This document shows positions 50,395 through 64,000 of a stretch of 64,000 bases of DNA, piece after piece. Location of the stretch: contig OZ024748.1 in assembly GCA_964016885.1 (NCBI GenBank), positions 39,928,001 to 39,992,000 of the forward strand, given 5' to 3'. A program made the position numbers and the translations under genes. The notes under the pieces are model-generated. The model was not told the DNA's origin. It searched no databases and saw only the letters and a list, made by a program, of their open reading frames with translations. This DNA comes from Eledone cirrhosa (lineage: Eukaryota). Numbering within the stretch: the first letter of the stretch is position 1; every line of letters starts with the position of its first letter.

Positions 50395-50861
50395 ATGTTA
50401 AAGGGTTAGTATGCAATCACTTTGATGTCTTTGAAATGCACAAAACAGGATTATATAATTTTGTTATTAAAATAATATATGTTATTTCTCTGAGGAACTG
50501 GAATCATATGATTCCAGTTCCTCTAAGAGAAATAACAACCCAACCAGGAACTGGGCATATCGGAGTATTGACAGAGTTAAACACCTCAACAACATGTGTA
50601 CCCGTCTCTACCACACCAATTCGGTCTGCCTGAAGAGGTCACAGCCAAAGATGGCTGTCACCAAAATATATATAGCAGTACACCGTTAATAAACGAAGCC
50701 AAATTTTAAATATTTGACTAATTTATTTTGTTTATATATATATATATATATATATTACAAAGAAGAGAGACGGTTTTATGTATACATGCTCTGTTTATTA
50801 TATAATCCTGATTTGTGCATTTCAAAGACATCAAAGTCATTGCATAATAACCCTTTAACAT
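50395..50861. repeat. ~65-bp inverted repeat pair enclosing a mutated hammerhead-like motif (50626-50678)
   Basis: ATGTTAAAGGGTTA..CAGGATTATATAAT / ATTATATAATCCTG..TAACCCTTTAACAT. Inside: ctgc-CTGAAGA-Ggtcacagcca..tggctgtcacC-AAAA-tatatata-gcag (GAAA changed to AAAA). Confidence 0.7.
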
Positions 50862-51437
50862 ATATATATATATATATAGATATATATATATAGATATATA
50901 TATATATATATATAATGAACCAGTTGTCCAAGGGAGTTAATTTATTTCAGGTAAGATATCATAGTTAGTTTGGACCAAGCCGTTACTATCAAACATGTGA
51001 TCAAAATCATATTCATAGTTGGGAGAAAAGTCTTCTAAATTCAGATCCGCAATGCTGAAAAGTATGGAAGGAAAACACAGAAAAAAGACAAATCAATGTT
51101 TATGAAGGAACAAGAAAATAAGAGAGGCAAGTTAAAACAATTATATTTCAAAGACTCAATGTATAGTCATGACACAAGTATTATAACGGGGAATTGGTAG
51201 ACATTTTAACTCTTAACGCCTGTTTTACATGAAACCACATTAGTAAGACACTCTTGAAAAGTTCAAAACAAGACTATGACTGCATCATATTAAGTATTCA
51301 AGTCTTTAGTTTACAGCAAATTTTCACAACAGTGTGTCCAATTGTAAAGGCACTATAAACGTTAGAATAAACAAACCAGTCTTTAGATATTTTCTATTGA
51401 AGAATTGCAAGATGTTAAGAGTTCAATGTCAGCTTAA

Positions 51438-54400
51438 TTCATTACCATATTTCTCACAAAAGACACTGTATGTCATTAACCCTTTCATTGCCATATTTCT
51501 AATGAAAGACAAAGTCTATGTCATTAACCCTTTCATTACCATATTTCTAATGAAAGACACTGTCTATGTCATTAACCCTTTCATTACCATATTTCTAATG
51601 AAAGACAGTCTATGTCATTAACCCTTTCATTACCATATTTCTAATGAAAGACACTGTCTATGTCATTAACCCTTTCATTACCATATTTCTAATGAAAGAC
51701 AGTCTATGTCATTAAACCTTTCATTACCATATTTCTAATGAAAGACACTGTCTATATCATTAACCCTTTCATTACCATATTTCTAATGAAAGACACTGTC
51801 TATGCAATTAACCCTTTCATTAACATATTTCTCACAAAAGACACTGTCTATGTCATTAACCCTTTCATTACCATATTTCTAATGAAAGACATTGTCTATG
51901 TCAATAACACATTCATTACCATATTTCTAATGAAAGACACTGCCTATGTCATTAACACTTTCATTACCATATTTCTAATGTAAGACACTGTCTGTCATTA
52001 ACCCTGTCATTACTATATTTCTAATGAAAGACACTGCCTATGTCATTAACCCTTTATTATCATATTTCTAATGAAAGACACTGTCTATGTCATTAACCTT
52101 TTATTATCATATTTCTAATGAAAGACACTGTCTATGTCATTAACCCTTTATTATCATATTTCTAATGAAAGACACTGTCTATGTCATTAACTCTTTAATT
52201 ACCATATTTCTAATGAAAGACACTGTCTATGTCATTAACCCTGTCATTACCATATTTCTAATAAAAGTCACTGTCTATTTCATTAACCCTTTCATTACCA
52301 TATTTCTAATGAAAGACACTGCCTATGTCATTAACCATTTCATTACCATATTTCTAAAGAAAGTCACTGTCATGTGATTAACCCTGTCATTACCATATTT
52401 CTAATGAAAGTCACTGTCTATGTCATTAACCCTTTCATTACCATATTACTAATGAAAGTCACTGTCTATGTCATTAACCCTTTCATTACCATATTTCTAA
52501 TGAAAGATACTGTCTATGTCATTAACCCTTTCATTACCATATTTCTAATGAAAGTCACTGTCTATGTCATTAACCCTTTCATTACCATATTTCTAATGAA
52601 AGACACTGTCTATGCAATTAACCCTTTCATTAACATATTTCTCACAAAAGCCACTGTTTATGTCATTGACCATTTCATTACCATATTTCTAATGAAAGAC
52701 ATTGTCTATGTCAATAACACATTCATTACCATATTTCTAATGAAAGACACTGCCTATGTCATTAACACTTTCATTACCATATTTCTAATGTAAGACACTG
52801 TCTGTCATTAACCCTCTCATTACTATATTTCTAAAGAAAGACACTGCCTATGTCATTAACCCTTTCATTACCATATTTCTAATGAAAGACACTGTCTATG
52901 TCATTAACCCTTTATTATCATATTTCTAATGAAAGACACTGTCTATGTTATTAACCCTTTATTATCATATTTCTAATGAAAGACACTGTCTATGTCATTA
53001 ACCCTTTCATTAACATATTTCTCACAAATGACACTGCCTATGTCCATATTACCATATTTCTAATGAAAGACACTGCCTATGTCATTAACCCTTTCATTAC
53101 CATATTTCTAATGAAAGACACTGCCTATGTCATTAACCCTTTATTATCATATTTCTAATGAAAGACACTGTCTATGTCATTAACCCTTTATTATCATATT
53201 TCTAATGAAAGACACTGTCTATGTCATTAACCCTTTCATTAACATATTTCTCACAAAAGACACAGCCTATGTCCATATTACCATATTTCTAATGAAAGAC
53301 GCTGTCTATTTCATTAACCCTTTCATTACCATATTTCTAATGAAAGACACTGCCAATGTCATTAACTTTTTCATTACCATATTTCTGACACTGTCTATTT
53401 CATTAACCCTTTCATTACCATATTTCTAATGAAAGACACTGTCTATGTCATTATCCCTTTCATTACCATATTTCTAATGAAAGACACTGTCTATTTCATT
53501 AACCCTTTCATTACCATATTTCTAATGAAAGACACTGTCTATTTCATTAACCCTTTCATTACCATATTTCTAATGAAAGACACTGTCTATTTCATTAACC
53601 CTTTCATTACCATATTTCTAATGAAAGACACTGTCTATTTCATTAACCCTTTCATTACCATATTTCTAATGAAAGACACTGTCTATTTCATTAACCCTTT
53701 CATTACCATATTTCTAATGAAAGACACTGTCTATGTCATTAACCCTAATGAAAGTCACTGTCTATCTCATTAACCCTTTCATTACCATATTTCTAATGAA
53801 AGACACTGTCTATGCAATTAACCCTTTCATTAACATATTTCTCACAAAAGACACTGTCTATGTCATTAACCCTTTCATGACGATATTTCTAATGAAAGAC
53901 ATTGTCTATGTCAATAACACATTCATTACCATATTTCTAATGAAAGACACATCCTATGTCATTAACACTTTCATTACCATATTTCTAATGTAAGACACTG
54001 TCTGTCATTAACCCTGTCATTACTATATTTCTAATGAAAGACACTGCCTATGTCATTAACCCTTTCATTACCATATTTCTAATGGAAGACACTGTCTATG
54101 TCATTAACCCTTTATTATCATATTTCTAATGAAAGACACTGTCTATGTCATTAACCCTTTATTATCATATTTCTAATGAAAGACACTGTCTATGTCATTA
54201 ACCCTTTATTATCATATTTCTAATGAAAGACACTGTCTATGTCATTAACTCTTTAATTACCATATTTCTAATGAAAGACACTGTCTATGTCATTAACCCT
54301 GTCATTACCATATTTCTAATGAAAGACACTGCCAAAGTCATTAACTCTTTCATTACCATATTTCTGACACTGTCTATGTCATTAACCCTTTCATTACCAT

Positions 54401-57400
54401 ATTTCTAATAAAAGACACTCTTTATGTAATTAACCCTAACATTACCATATTTCTAATGAAAGACACTGTCTATGTCATTAACCCTGTCATTACCATATTT
54501 CTAATGAAAGACACTGCCGTTGTCATTAACCCTTTCATTACCATATTTCTAATAAAAGACACTGTCTATTTCCTTAACCCTTTCATTACCATATTTCTAA
54601 TGAAAGACACTGTCTATTTCATTAACCCTTTCATTACCATATTTCTAATGAAAGACACTGTCTATGTCATTAACCCTTTCATTACCATATTTCTAATGAA
54701 AGTCACTGTCTATGTCATTAACCCTTTCATTACCATATTTCTAATGAAAGTCACTGTCTATGTCATTAACCCTTTCATTACCATATTTCTAATGAAAGTC
54801 ACTGTCTATGTCATTAACCCTTTCATTACCATATTTCTAATGAAAGTCACTGTCTATTTCATTAACCCTTTCATTACCATATTTCTAATGAAAGACACTG
54901 CCTATGTCATTAACCATTTCATTACCATATTTCTAATGAAAGTCACTGTCATGTGATTAACCCTGTCATTACCATATTTCTAAAGAAAGACACTGCCTAT
55001 GTCATTAACCCTTTCATTACCATATTTCTAATGAAAGACACTGTCTATGTCATTAACCCTTTATTATCATATTTCTAATGAAAGACACTGTCTATGTTAT
55101 TAACCCTTTATTATCATATTTCTAATGAAAGACACTGTCTATGTCATTAACCCTTTATTATCATATTTCTAATGAAAGACACTGTCCATGTCATTAACAC
55201 TTTCATTAATATATTTCTCACAAAAGACACAGCCTATGTCCATATTACCATATTTCTAATGAAAGACACTGTCTATGTCATTAACTCTTTCATTACCATA
55301 TTTCTAATGCAAGACACTGTCTATTTCATTAACCCTTTCATTACCATATTTCTAATGAAAGACACTGTCTATGTCATTAACCCTTTATTATCATATTTCT
55401 AATGAAAGACACTGTCTATGTTATTAACCCTTTATTATCATATTTCTAATGAAAGACACTGTCTATGTCATTAACCCTTTATTATCATATTTCTAATGAA
55501 AGACACTGTCTATGTCATTAACACTTTCATTAATATATTTCTCACAAAAGACACAGCCTATGTCCATATTACCATATTTCTAATGAAAGACACTGTCTAT
55601 GTCATTAACTCTTTCATTACCATATTTCTAATGAAAGACACTGTCTATTTCATTAACCCTTTCATTACCATATTTCTAATGAAAGACACTGCCAATGTCA
55701 TTAACTTTTTCATTACCATATTTCTGACACTGTCTATTTCATTAACCCTTTCATTACCATATTTCTAATGAAAGACACTGTCTATGTCATTATCCCTTTC
55801 ATTACCATATTTCTAATGAAAGACACTGTCTATTTCATTAACCCTTTCATTACCATATTTCTAATGAAAGACACTGTCTATTTCATTAACCCTTTCATTA
55901 CCATATTTCTAATGAAAGACACTGTCTATGTCATTAACCCTAATGAAAGTCATTGTCTATCTCATTAACCCTTTCATTACCATATTTCTAATGAAAGACA
56001 CTGTCTATGCAATTAACCCTTTCATTAACATATTTCTCACAAAAGACACTGTCTATGTCATTAACCCTTTCATTACGATATTTCTAATGAAAGACATTGT
56101 CTATGTCAATAACACATTCATTACCATATTTCTAATGAAAGACACTGCCTATGTCATTAACACTTTCATTACCATATTTCTAATGTAAGACACTGTCTGT
56201 CATTAACCCTGTCATTACTATATTTCTAATCAAAGACACTGCCTATGTCATTAACCCTTTCATTACCATATTTCTAATGAAAGACACTGCCTATGTCATT
56301 AACCCTTTATTATCATATTTCTAATGAAAGACACTGTCTATGTCATTAACCCTTTATTATCATATTTCTAATGAAAGACACTGTCTATGTCATTAACTCT
56401 TTCATTACCATATTTCTAATGAAAGACACTGTCTATGTCATTAACCCTGTCATTACCATATTTCTAATGAAAGACACTGCCAAAGTCATTAACTCTTTCA
56501 TTACCATATTTCTGACACTGTCTATGTCATTAACCCTTTCATTACCATATTTCTAATAAAAGACACTGTTTATGTCATTAACCCTATCATTACCATATTT
56601 CTAATGAGAGACACTGTCTATGTCATTAACCCTGTCATTACCATATTTCTAATGAAAGACACTGCTGTTGTCATTAACCCTTTCATTACCATATTTCTAA
56701 TGAAAGACAGTCTATGTCATTAAACCTTTCATTACCATATTTCTAATGAAAGACACTGTCTATATCATTAACCCTTTCATTACCATATTTCTAATGAAAG
56801 ACACTGTCTATGCAATTAACCCTTTCATTAACATATTTCTCACAAAAGACACTGTCTATGTCATTAACCCTTTCATTACCATATTTCTAATGAAAGACAT
56901 TGTCTATGTCAATAACACATTCATTACCATATTTCTAATGAAAGACACTGCCTATGTCATTAACACTTTCATTACCATATTTCTAATGTAAGACACTGTC
57001 TGTCATTAACCCTGTCATTACTATATTTCTAATGAAAGACACTGCCTATGTCATTAACCCTTTATTATCATATTTCTAATGAAAGACACTGTCTATGTCA
57101 TTAACCTTTTATTATCATATTTCTAATGAAAGACACTGTCTATGTCATTAACCCTTTATTATCATATTTCTAATGAAAGACACTGTCTATGTCATTAACT
57201 CTTTAATTACCATATTTCTAATGAAAGACACTGTCTATGTCATTAACCCTGTCATTACCATATTTCTAATAAAAGTCACTGTCTATTTCATTAACCCTTT
57301 CATTACCATATTTCTAATGAAAGACACTGCCTATGTCATTAACCATTTCATTACCATATTTCTAAAGAAAGTCACTGTCATGTGATTAACCCTGTCATTA

Positions 57401-60400
57401 CCATATTTCTAATGAAAGTCACTGTCTATGTCATTAACCCTTTCATTACCATATTACTAATGAAAGTCACTGTCTATGTCATTAACCCTTTCATTACCAT
57501 ATTTCTAATGAAAGATACTGTCTATGTCATTAACCCTTTCATTACCATATTTCTAATGAAAGTCACTGTCTATGTCATTAACCCTTTCATTACCATATTT
57601 CTAATGAAAGACACTGTCTATGCAATTAACCCTTTCATTAACATATTTCTCACAAAAGCCACTGTTTATGTCATTGACCATTTCATTACCATATTTCTAA
57701 TGAAAGACATTGTCTATGTCAATAACACATTCATTACCATATTTCTAATGAAAGACACTGCCTATGTCATTAACACTTTCATTACCATATTTCTAATGTA
57801 AGACACTGTCTGTCATTAACCCTCTCATTACTATATTTCTAAAGAAAGACACTGCCTATGTCATTAACCCTTTCATTACCATATTTCTAATGAAAGACAC
57901 TGTCTATGTCATTAACCCTTTATTATCATATTTCTAATGAAAGACACTGTCTATGTTATTAACCCTTTATTATCATATTTCTAATGAAAGACACTGTCTA
58001 TGTCATTAACCCTTTCATTAACATATTTCTCACAAATGACACTGCCTATGTCCATATTACCATATTTCTAATGAAAGACACTGCCTATGTCATTAACCCT
58101 TTCATTACCATATTTCTAATGAAAGACACTGCCTATGTCATTAACCCTTTATTATCATATTTCTAATGAAAGACACTGTCTATGTCATTAACCCTTTATT
58201 ATCATATTTCTAATGAAAGACACTGTCTATGTCATTAACCCTTTCATTAACATATTTCTCACAAAAGACACAGCCTATGTCCATATTACCATATTTCTAA
58301 TGAAAGACGCTGTCTATTTCATTAACCCTTTCATTACCATATTTCTAATGAAAGACACTGCCAATGTCATTAACTTTTTCATTACCATATTTCTGACACT
58401 GTCTATTTCATTAACCCTTTCATTACCATATTTCTAATGAAAGACACTGTCTATGTCATTATCCCTTTCATTACCATATTTCTAATGAAAGACACTGTCT
58501 ATTTCATTAACCCTTTCATTACCATATTTCTAATGAAAGACACTGTCTATTTCATTAACCCTTTCATTACCATATTTCTAATGAAAGACACTGTCTATTT
58601 CATTAACCCTTTCATTACCATATTTCTAATGAAAGACACTGTCTATTTCATTAACCCTTTCATTACCATATTTCTAATGAAAGACACTGTCTATTTCATT
58701 AACCCTTTCATTACCATATTTCTAATGAAAGACACTGTCTATGTCATTAACCCTAATGAAAGTCACTGTCTATCTCATTAACCCTTTCATTACCATATTT
58801 CTAATGAAAGACACTGTCTATGCAATTAACCCTTTCATTAACATATTTCTCACAAAAGACACTGTCTATGTCATTAACCCTTTCATGACGATATTTCTAA
58901 TGAAAGACATTGTCTATGTCAATAACACATTCATTACCATATTTCTAATGAAAGACACATCCTATGTCATTAACACTTTCATTACCATATTTCTAATGTA
59001 AGACACTGTCTGTCATTAACCCTGTCATTACTATATTTCTAATGAAAGACACTGCCTATGTCATTAACCCTTTCATTACCATATTTCTAATGGAAGACAC
59101 TGTCTATGTCATTAACCCTTTATTATCATATTTCTAATGAAAGACACTGTCTATGTCATTAACCCTTTATTATCATATTTCTAATGAAAGACACTGTCTA
59201 TGTCATTAACCCTTTATTATCATATTTCTAATGAAAGACACTGTCTATGTCATTAACTCTTTAATTACCATATTTCTAATGAAAGACACTGTCTATGTCA
59301 TTAACCCTGTCATTACCATATTTCTAATGAAAGACACTGCCAAAGTCATTAACTCTTTCATTACCATATTTCTGACACTGTCTATGTCATTAACCCTTTC
59401 ATTACCATATTTCTAATAAAAGACACTCTTTATGTAATTAACCCTAACATTACCATATTTCTAATGAAAGACACTGTCTATGTCATTAACCCTGTCATTA
59501 CCATATTTCTAATGAAAGACACTGCCGTTGTCATTAACCCTTTCATTACCATATTTCTAATAAAAGACACTGTCTATTTCCTTAACCCTTTCATTACCAT
59601 ATTTCTAATGAAAGACACTGTCTATTTCATTAACCCTTTCATTACCATATTTCTAATGAAAGACACTGTCTATGTCATTAACCCTTTCATTACCATATTT
59701 CTAATGAAAGTCACTGTCTATGTCATTAACCCTTTCATTACCATATTTCTAATGAAAGTCACTGTCTATGTCATTAACCCTTTCATTACCATATTTCTAA
59801 TGAAAGTCACTGTCTATGTCATTAACCCTTTCATTACCATATTTCTAATGAAAGTCACTGTCTATTTCATTAACCCTTTCATTACCATATTTCTAATGAA
59901 AGACACTGCCTATGTCATTAACCATTTCATTACCATATTTCTAATGAAAGTCACTGTCATGTGATTAACCCTGTCATTACCATATTTCTAAAGAAAGACA
60001 CTGCCTATGTCATTAACCCTTTCATTACCATATTTCTAATGAAAGACACTGTCTATGTCATTAACCCTTTATTATCATATTTCTAATGAAAGACACTGTC
60101 TATGTTATTAACCCTTTATTATCATATTTCTAATGAAAGACACTGTCTATGTCATTAACCCTTTATTATCATATTTCTAATGAAAGACACTGTCCATGTC
60201 ATTAACACTTTCATTAATATATTTCTCACAAAAGACACAGCCTATGTCCATATTACCATATTTCTAATGAAAGACACTGTCTATGTCATTAACTCTTTCA
60301 TTACCATATTTCTAATGCAAGACACTGTCTATTTCATTAACCCTTTCATTACCATATTTCTAATGAAAGACACTGTCTATGTCATTAACCCTTTATTATC

Positions 60401-63400
60401 ATATTTCTAATGAAAGACACTGTCTATGTTATTAACCCTTTATTATCATATTTCTAATGAAAGACACTGTCTATGTCATTAACCCTTTATTATCATATTT
60501 CTAATGAAAGACACTGTCTATGTCATTAACACTTTCATTAATATATTTCTCACAAAAGACACAGCCTATGTCCATATTACCATATTTCTAATGAAAGACA
60601 CTGTCTATGTCATTAACTCTTTCATTACCATATTTCTAATGAAAGACACTGTCTATTTCATTAACCCTTTCATTACCATATTTCTAATGAAAGACACTGC
60701 CAATGTCATTAACTTTTTCATTACCATATTTCTGACACTGTCTATTTCATTAACCCTTTCATTACCATATTTCTAATGAAAGACACTGTCTATGTCATTA
60801 TCCCTTTCATTACCATATTTCTAATGAAAGACACTGTCTATTTCATTAACCCTTTCATTACCATATTTCTAATGAAAGACACTGTCTATTTCATTAACCC
60901 TTTCATTACCATATTTCTAATGAAAGACACTGTCTATGTCATTAACCCTAATGAAAGTCATTGTCTATCTCATTAACCCTTTCATTACCATATTTCTAAT
61001 GAAAGACACTGTCTATGCAATTAACCCTTTCATTAACATATTTCTCACAAAAGACACTGTCTATGTCATTAACCCTTTCATTACGATATTTCTAATGAAA
61101 GACATTGTCTATGTCAATAACACATTCATTACCATATTTCTAATGAAAGACACTGCCTATGTCATTAACACTTTCATTACCATATTTCTAATGTAAGACA
61201 CTGTCTGTCATTAACCCTGTCATTACTATATTTCTAATCAAAGACACTGCCTATGTCATTAACCCTTTCATTACCATATTTCTAATGAAAGACACTGCCT
61301 ATGTCATTAACCCTTTATTATCATATTTCTAATGAAAGACACTGTCTATGTCATTAACCCTTTATTATCATATTTCTAATGAAAGACACTGTCTATGTCA
61401 TTAACTCTTTCATTACCATATTTCTAATGAAAGACACTGTCTATGTCATTAACCCTGTCATTACCATATTTCTAATGAAAGACACTGCCAAAGTCATTAA
61501 CTCTTTCATTACCATATTTCTGACACTGTCTATGTCATTAACCCTTTCATTACCATATTTCTAATAAAAGACACTGTTTATGTCATTAACCCTATCATTA
61601 CCATATTTCTAATGAGAGACACTGTCTATGTCATTAACCCTGTCATTACCATATTTCTAATGAAAGACACTGCTGTTGTCATTAACCCTTTCATTACCAT
61701 ATTTCTAATGAAAGACACTGTCTATGTCTTTAACCCTTTCATTACCATATTTCTAATGAAAGACACTGTCTATTTCTTTTACCCTTTCATTACCATATTT
61801 CTAATGAAAGACACTGTCTATGTCATTAACCCTTTCATTACCTTATTTCTAATGAAAGTCACTGTCTATGTCATTAACCCTTTCATTACCATATTTCTAA
61901 TGAAAGTCACTGTCTATGTCATTAACCCTTTCATTACCATATTTCTAATGAAAGTCACTGTCTATGTCATAAACCCTTTCATTTCCATATTTCTAATGAA
62001 AGACACTGCCTATGTCATTAACCCTTTCATTACCATATTTCTAATGAAAGTCACTGTCTATGACATTAACCCTTTCATTACCATATTTCTAATGAAAGAC
62101 AATGTCTATGTGATTAACGCTGTCATTACCATATTTCTAATAAAAGTCACTGTCTATGTCATTAACCCTTTCATTACCATATTTCTAATGAAAGATACTG
62201 TCTATGTCATTAACCCTTTCATTACCATATTTCTAATGAAAGTCACTGCCTATGTCATTAACCCTTTCATTACCATATTTCTAATGAAAGACAATGTCTA
62301 TGTCATTAACCCTTTCATTACCATATTTCTAATAAAAGTAACTCTCTATATCATTAACCCTTTCATTACCATATTTCTAATGAAAGACACTGTCTATGTC
62401 ATTAACCCTTTCATTACCATATTTCTAATGAAAGTCACTGTCTATGTCATTAACCCTTTCATTACCATATTTCTAATGAAAGACACTGTCTATGTCATTA
62501 ACCCTTTCATTACCATATTTCTAATGAAAGTCACTGTCTATGTCATTAAGCTTTCATTACCATATTTCTGATGAAAGACACTGCCTATGTCATTAACCCT
62601 TTCATTACCATATTTCTAATGAAAGTCACTGTCTATGTAATTAACGCTGTCATTACCATATTTCTAATGAAAGTCACTGTCTATGTCATTAACCCTTTCA
62701 TTACCATATTTCTAATGAAAGATACTGTCTATGTCATTAACCCTTTCATTACCATATTTCTAATGAAAGTCACTGCCTATGTCATTAACCCTTTCATTAC
62801 CATATTTCTAATGAAAGACAATGTCTATGTCATTAACCCTTTCATTACCATATTTCTAATGAAAGACACTGTCTATATCATTAACCCTTTCATTTCCATA
62901 TTTCTAATGAAAGACACTGTCTATGCAATTAACGCTTTCATTAACATATTTCTCACAAAAGCCACTGTTTATGTCATTGACCATTTCATTACCATATTTC
63001 TAATGAAAGACATTGTCTATGTCAATAACACATTCATTACCATATTTCTAATGAAAGACACTGCCTATTTCATTAACCCATTCATTGCCATATTTCTAAT
63101 GAAAGACACTGTCTATGTCATTAACCCTTTATTATAATATTTCTAATGAAAGACACTGTCTATGTCATTAACCCTTTATTATCATATTTCTAATGAAAGA
63201 CACTGTCTATGTCATTAACCCTTTCATTAACATATTTCTCACAAAAGACACTGCCTATGTCCATATTACCATATTTCTAATGAAAGACACTGTCTATGTC
63301 ATTAACTCTTTCATTACCATATTTCTAATGAAAGACGCTGTCTATTTCATTAACCCTTTCATTACCATATTTCTAATGAAAGACACTGCCAATGTCATTA

Positions 63401-64000
63401 ACTTTTTCATTTCCATATTTCTGACACTGTCTATGTCATTAACCCTTTCATTATTATATTTCTAATAAAAGACACTGTCTATGTCATTAACCCTGTCATT
63501 ACCATGTTTCTAATGAAAGACACTGCCGATGTCATTAACCCTTTCATTACGATATTTCTGACACTGTCTATTTCATTAACCCTTTCATTACCATATTTCT
63601 AATGAAAGACACTGTCTATGTCATTAACCCTTTCATTACCATATTTCTAATGAAAGACACTGTCTATTTCATTAACCCTTTCATTACCATATTTCAAATA
63701 AAGACACTGTCTATGTCATTAACCCTTTCATTACCATATTTCTAATGAAAGTCACTGTCTACGTCATTAACCCTTTCATTACCATATTTCTAATGAAAGT
63801 CACTGTCTATTTCATTAATCCTTTCATTACCATATTTCTAATGAAAGACACTGTCTATGTCATTAACCATTTCATTACCATATTTCTAATGAAAGTCACT
63901 GTCTATGTCATTAAACCTTTCATTACCATATTTCTAATGAAAGTCACTGTCTATTTCATTAACCCTTTCATTACCATATTTCTAATGAAAGACACTGTCT
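51438..64000. repeat. 48-bp satellite array (ATGAAAGACACTGTCTATGTCATTAACCCTTTCATTACCATATTTCTA), >12.5 kb, running off the window end, with higher-order structure
   Basis: Visible unit. Identical ORF-track patterns recur at a constant 5008-bp offset (51738/56746, 52165/57173, 54456/59464, 56371/61379). Confidence 0.97.

Noticed and set aside
51334-63465. Many hydrophobic MKDTVYVINPFITIFL repeat ORFs
   Set aside because: Translation of a 48-bp satellite with frequent frameshifting monomers; no sign of frame conservation.

Overview
Repeat-rich, AT-rich animal genomic DNA. Inference: a coleoid cephalopod (octopus-like), judged from the dominant tRNA-derived SINE family and the abundant (TA)n tracts. 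Most of the window is mobile DNA: an LTR-retrotransposon gag remnant, two head-to-tail Tx1/L1-type LINEs, an R4/Dong-type LINE, RTE fragments, Tc1/mariner and Helitron relics, a near-intact Penelope-like element (RT + GIY-YIG) with a truncated inverted copy, Naiad-like Penelope remnants, minisatellites, and a 12.5-kb 48-bp satellite. The only host-gene-like content is two large exons (29610-31107 and 35919-37308), each encoding a full bacterial-type tryptophanase/tyrosine phenol-lyase (PLP beta-eliminating lyase) domain. The two domains have lost complementary parts of the shared active site. Copy A lacks the PLP lysine and the phosphate-binding motif but keeps the GDExY tyrosine that acts in trans. 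Copy B keeps the PLP machinery but lacks GDExY. Both exons have phase-2 acceptors at the same position, and an in-frame donor could join them into one two-domain protein. A 12 x 54-bp tandem array and several dispersed motifs fit minimal hammerhead ribozymes. All family calls are from motif recognition by eye; no database searches were run.
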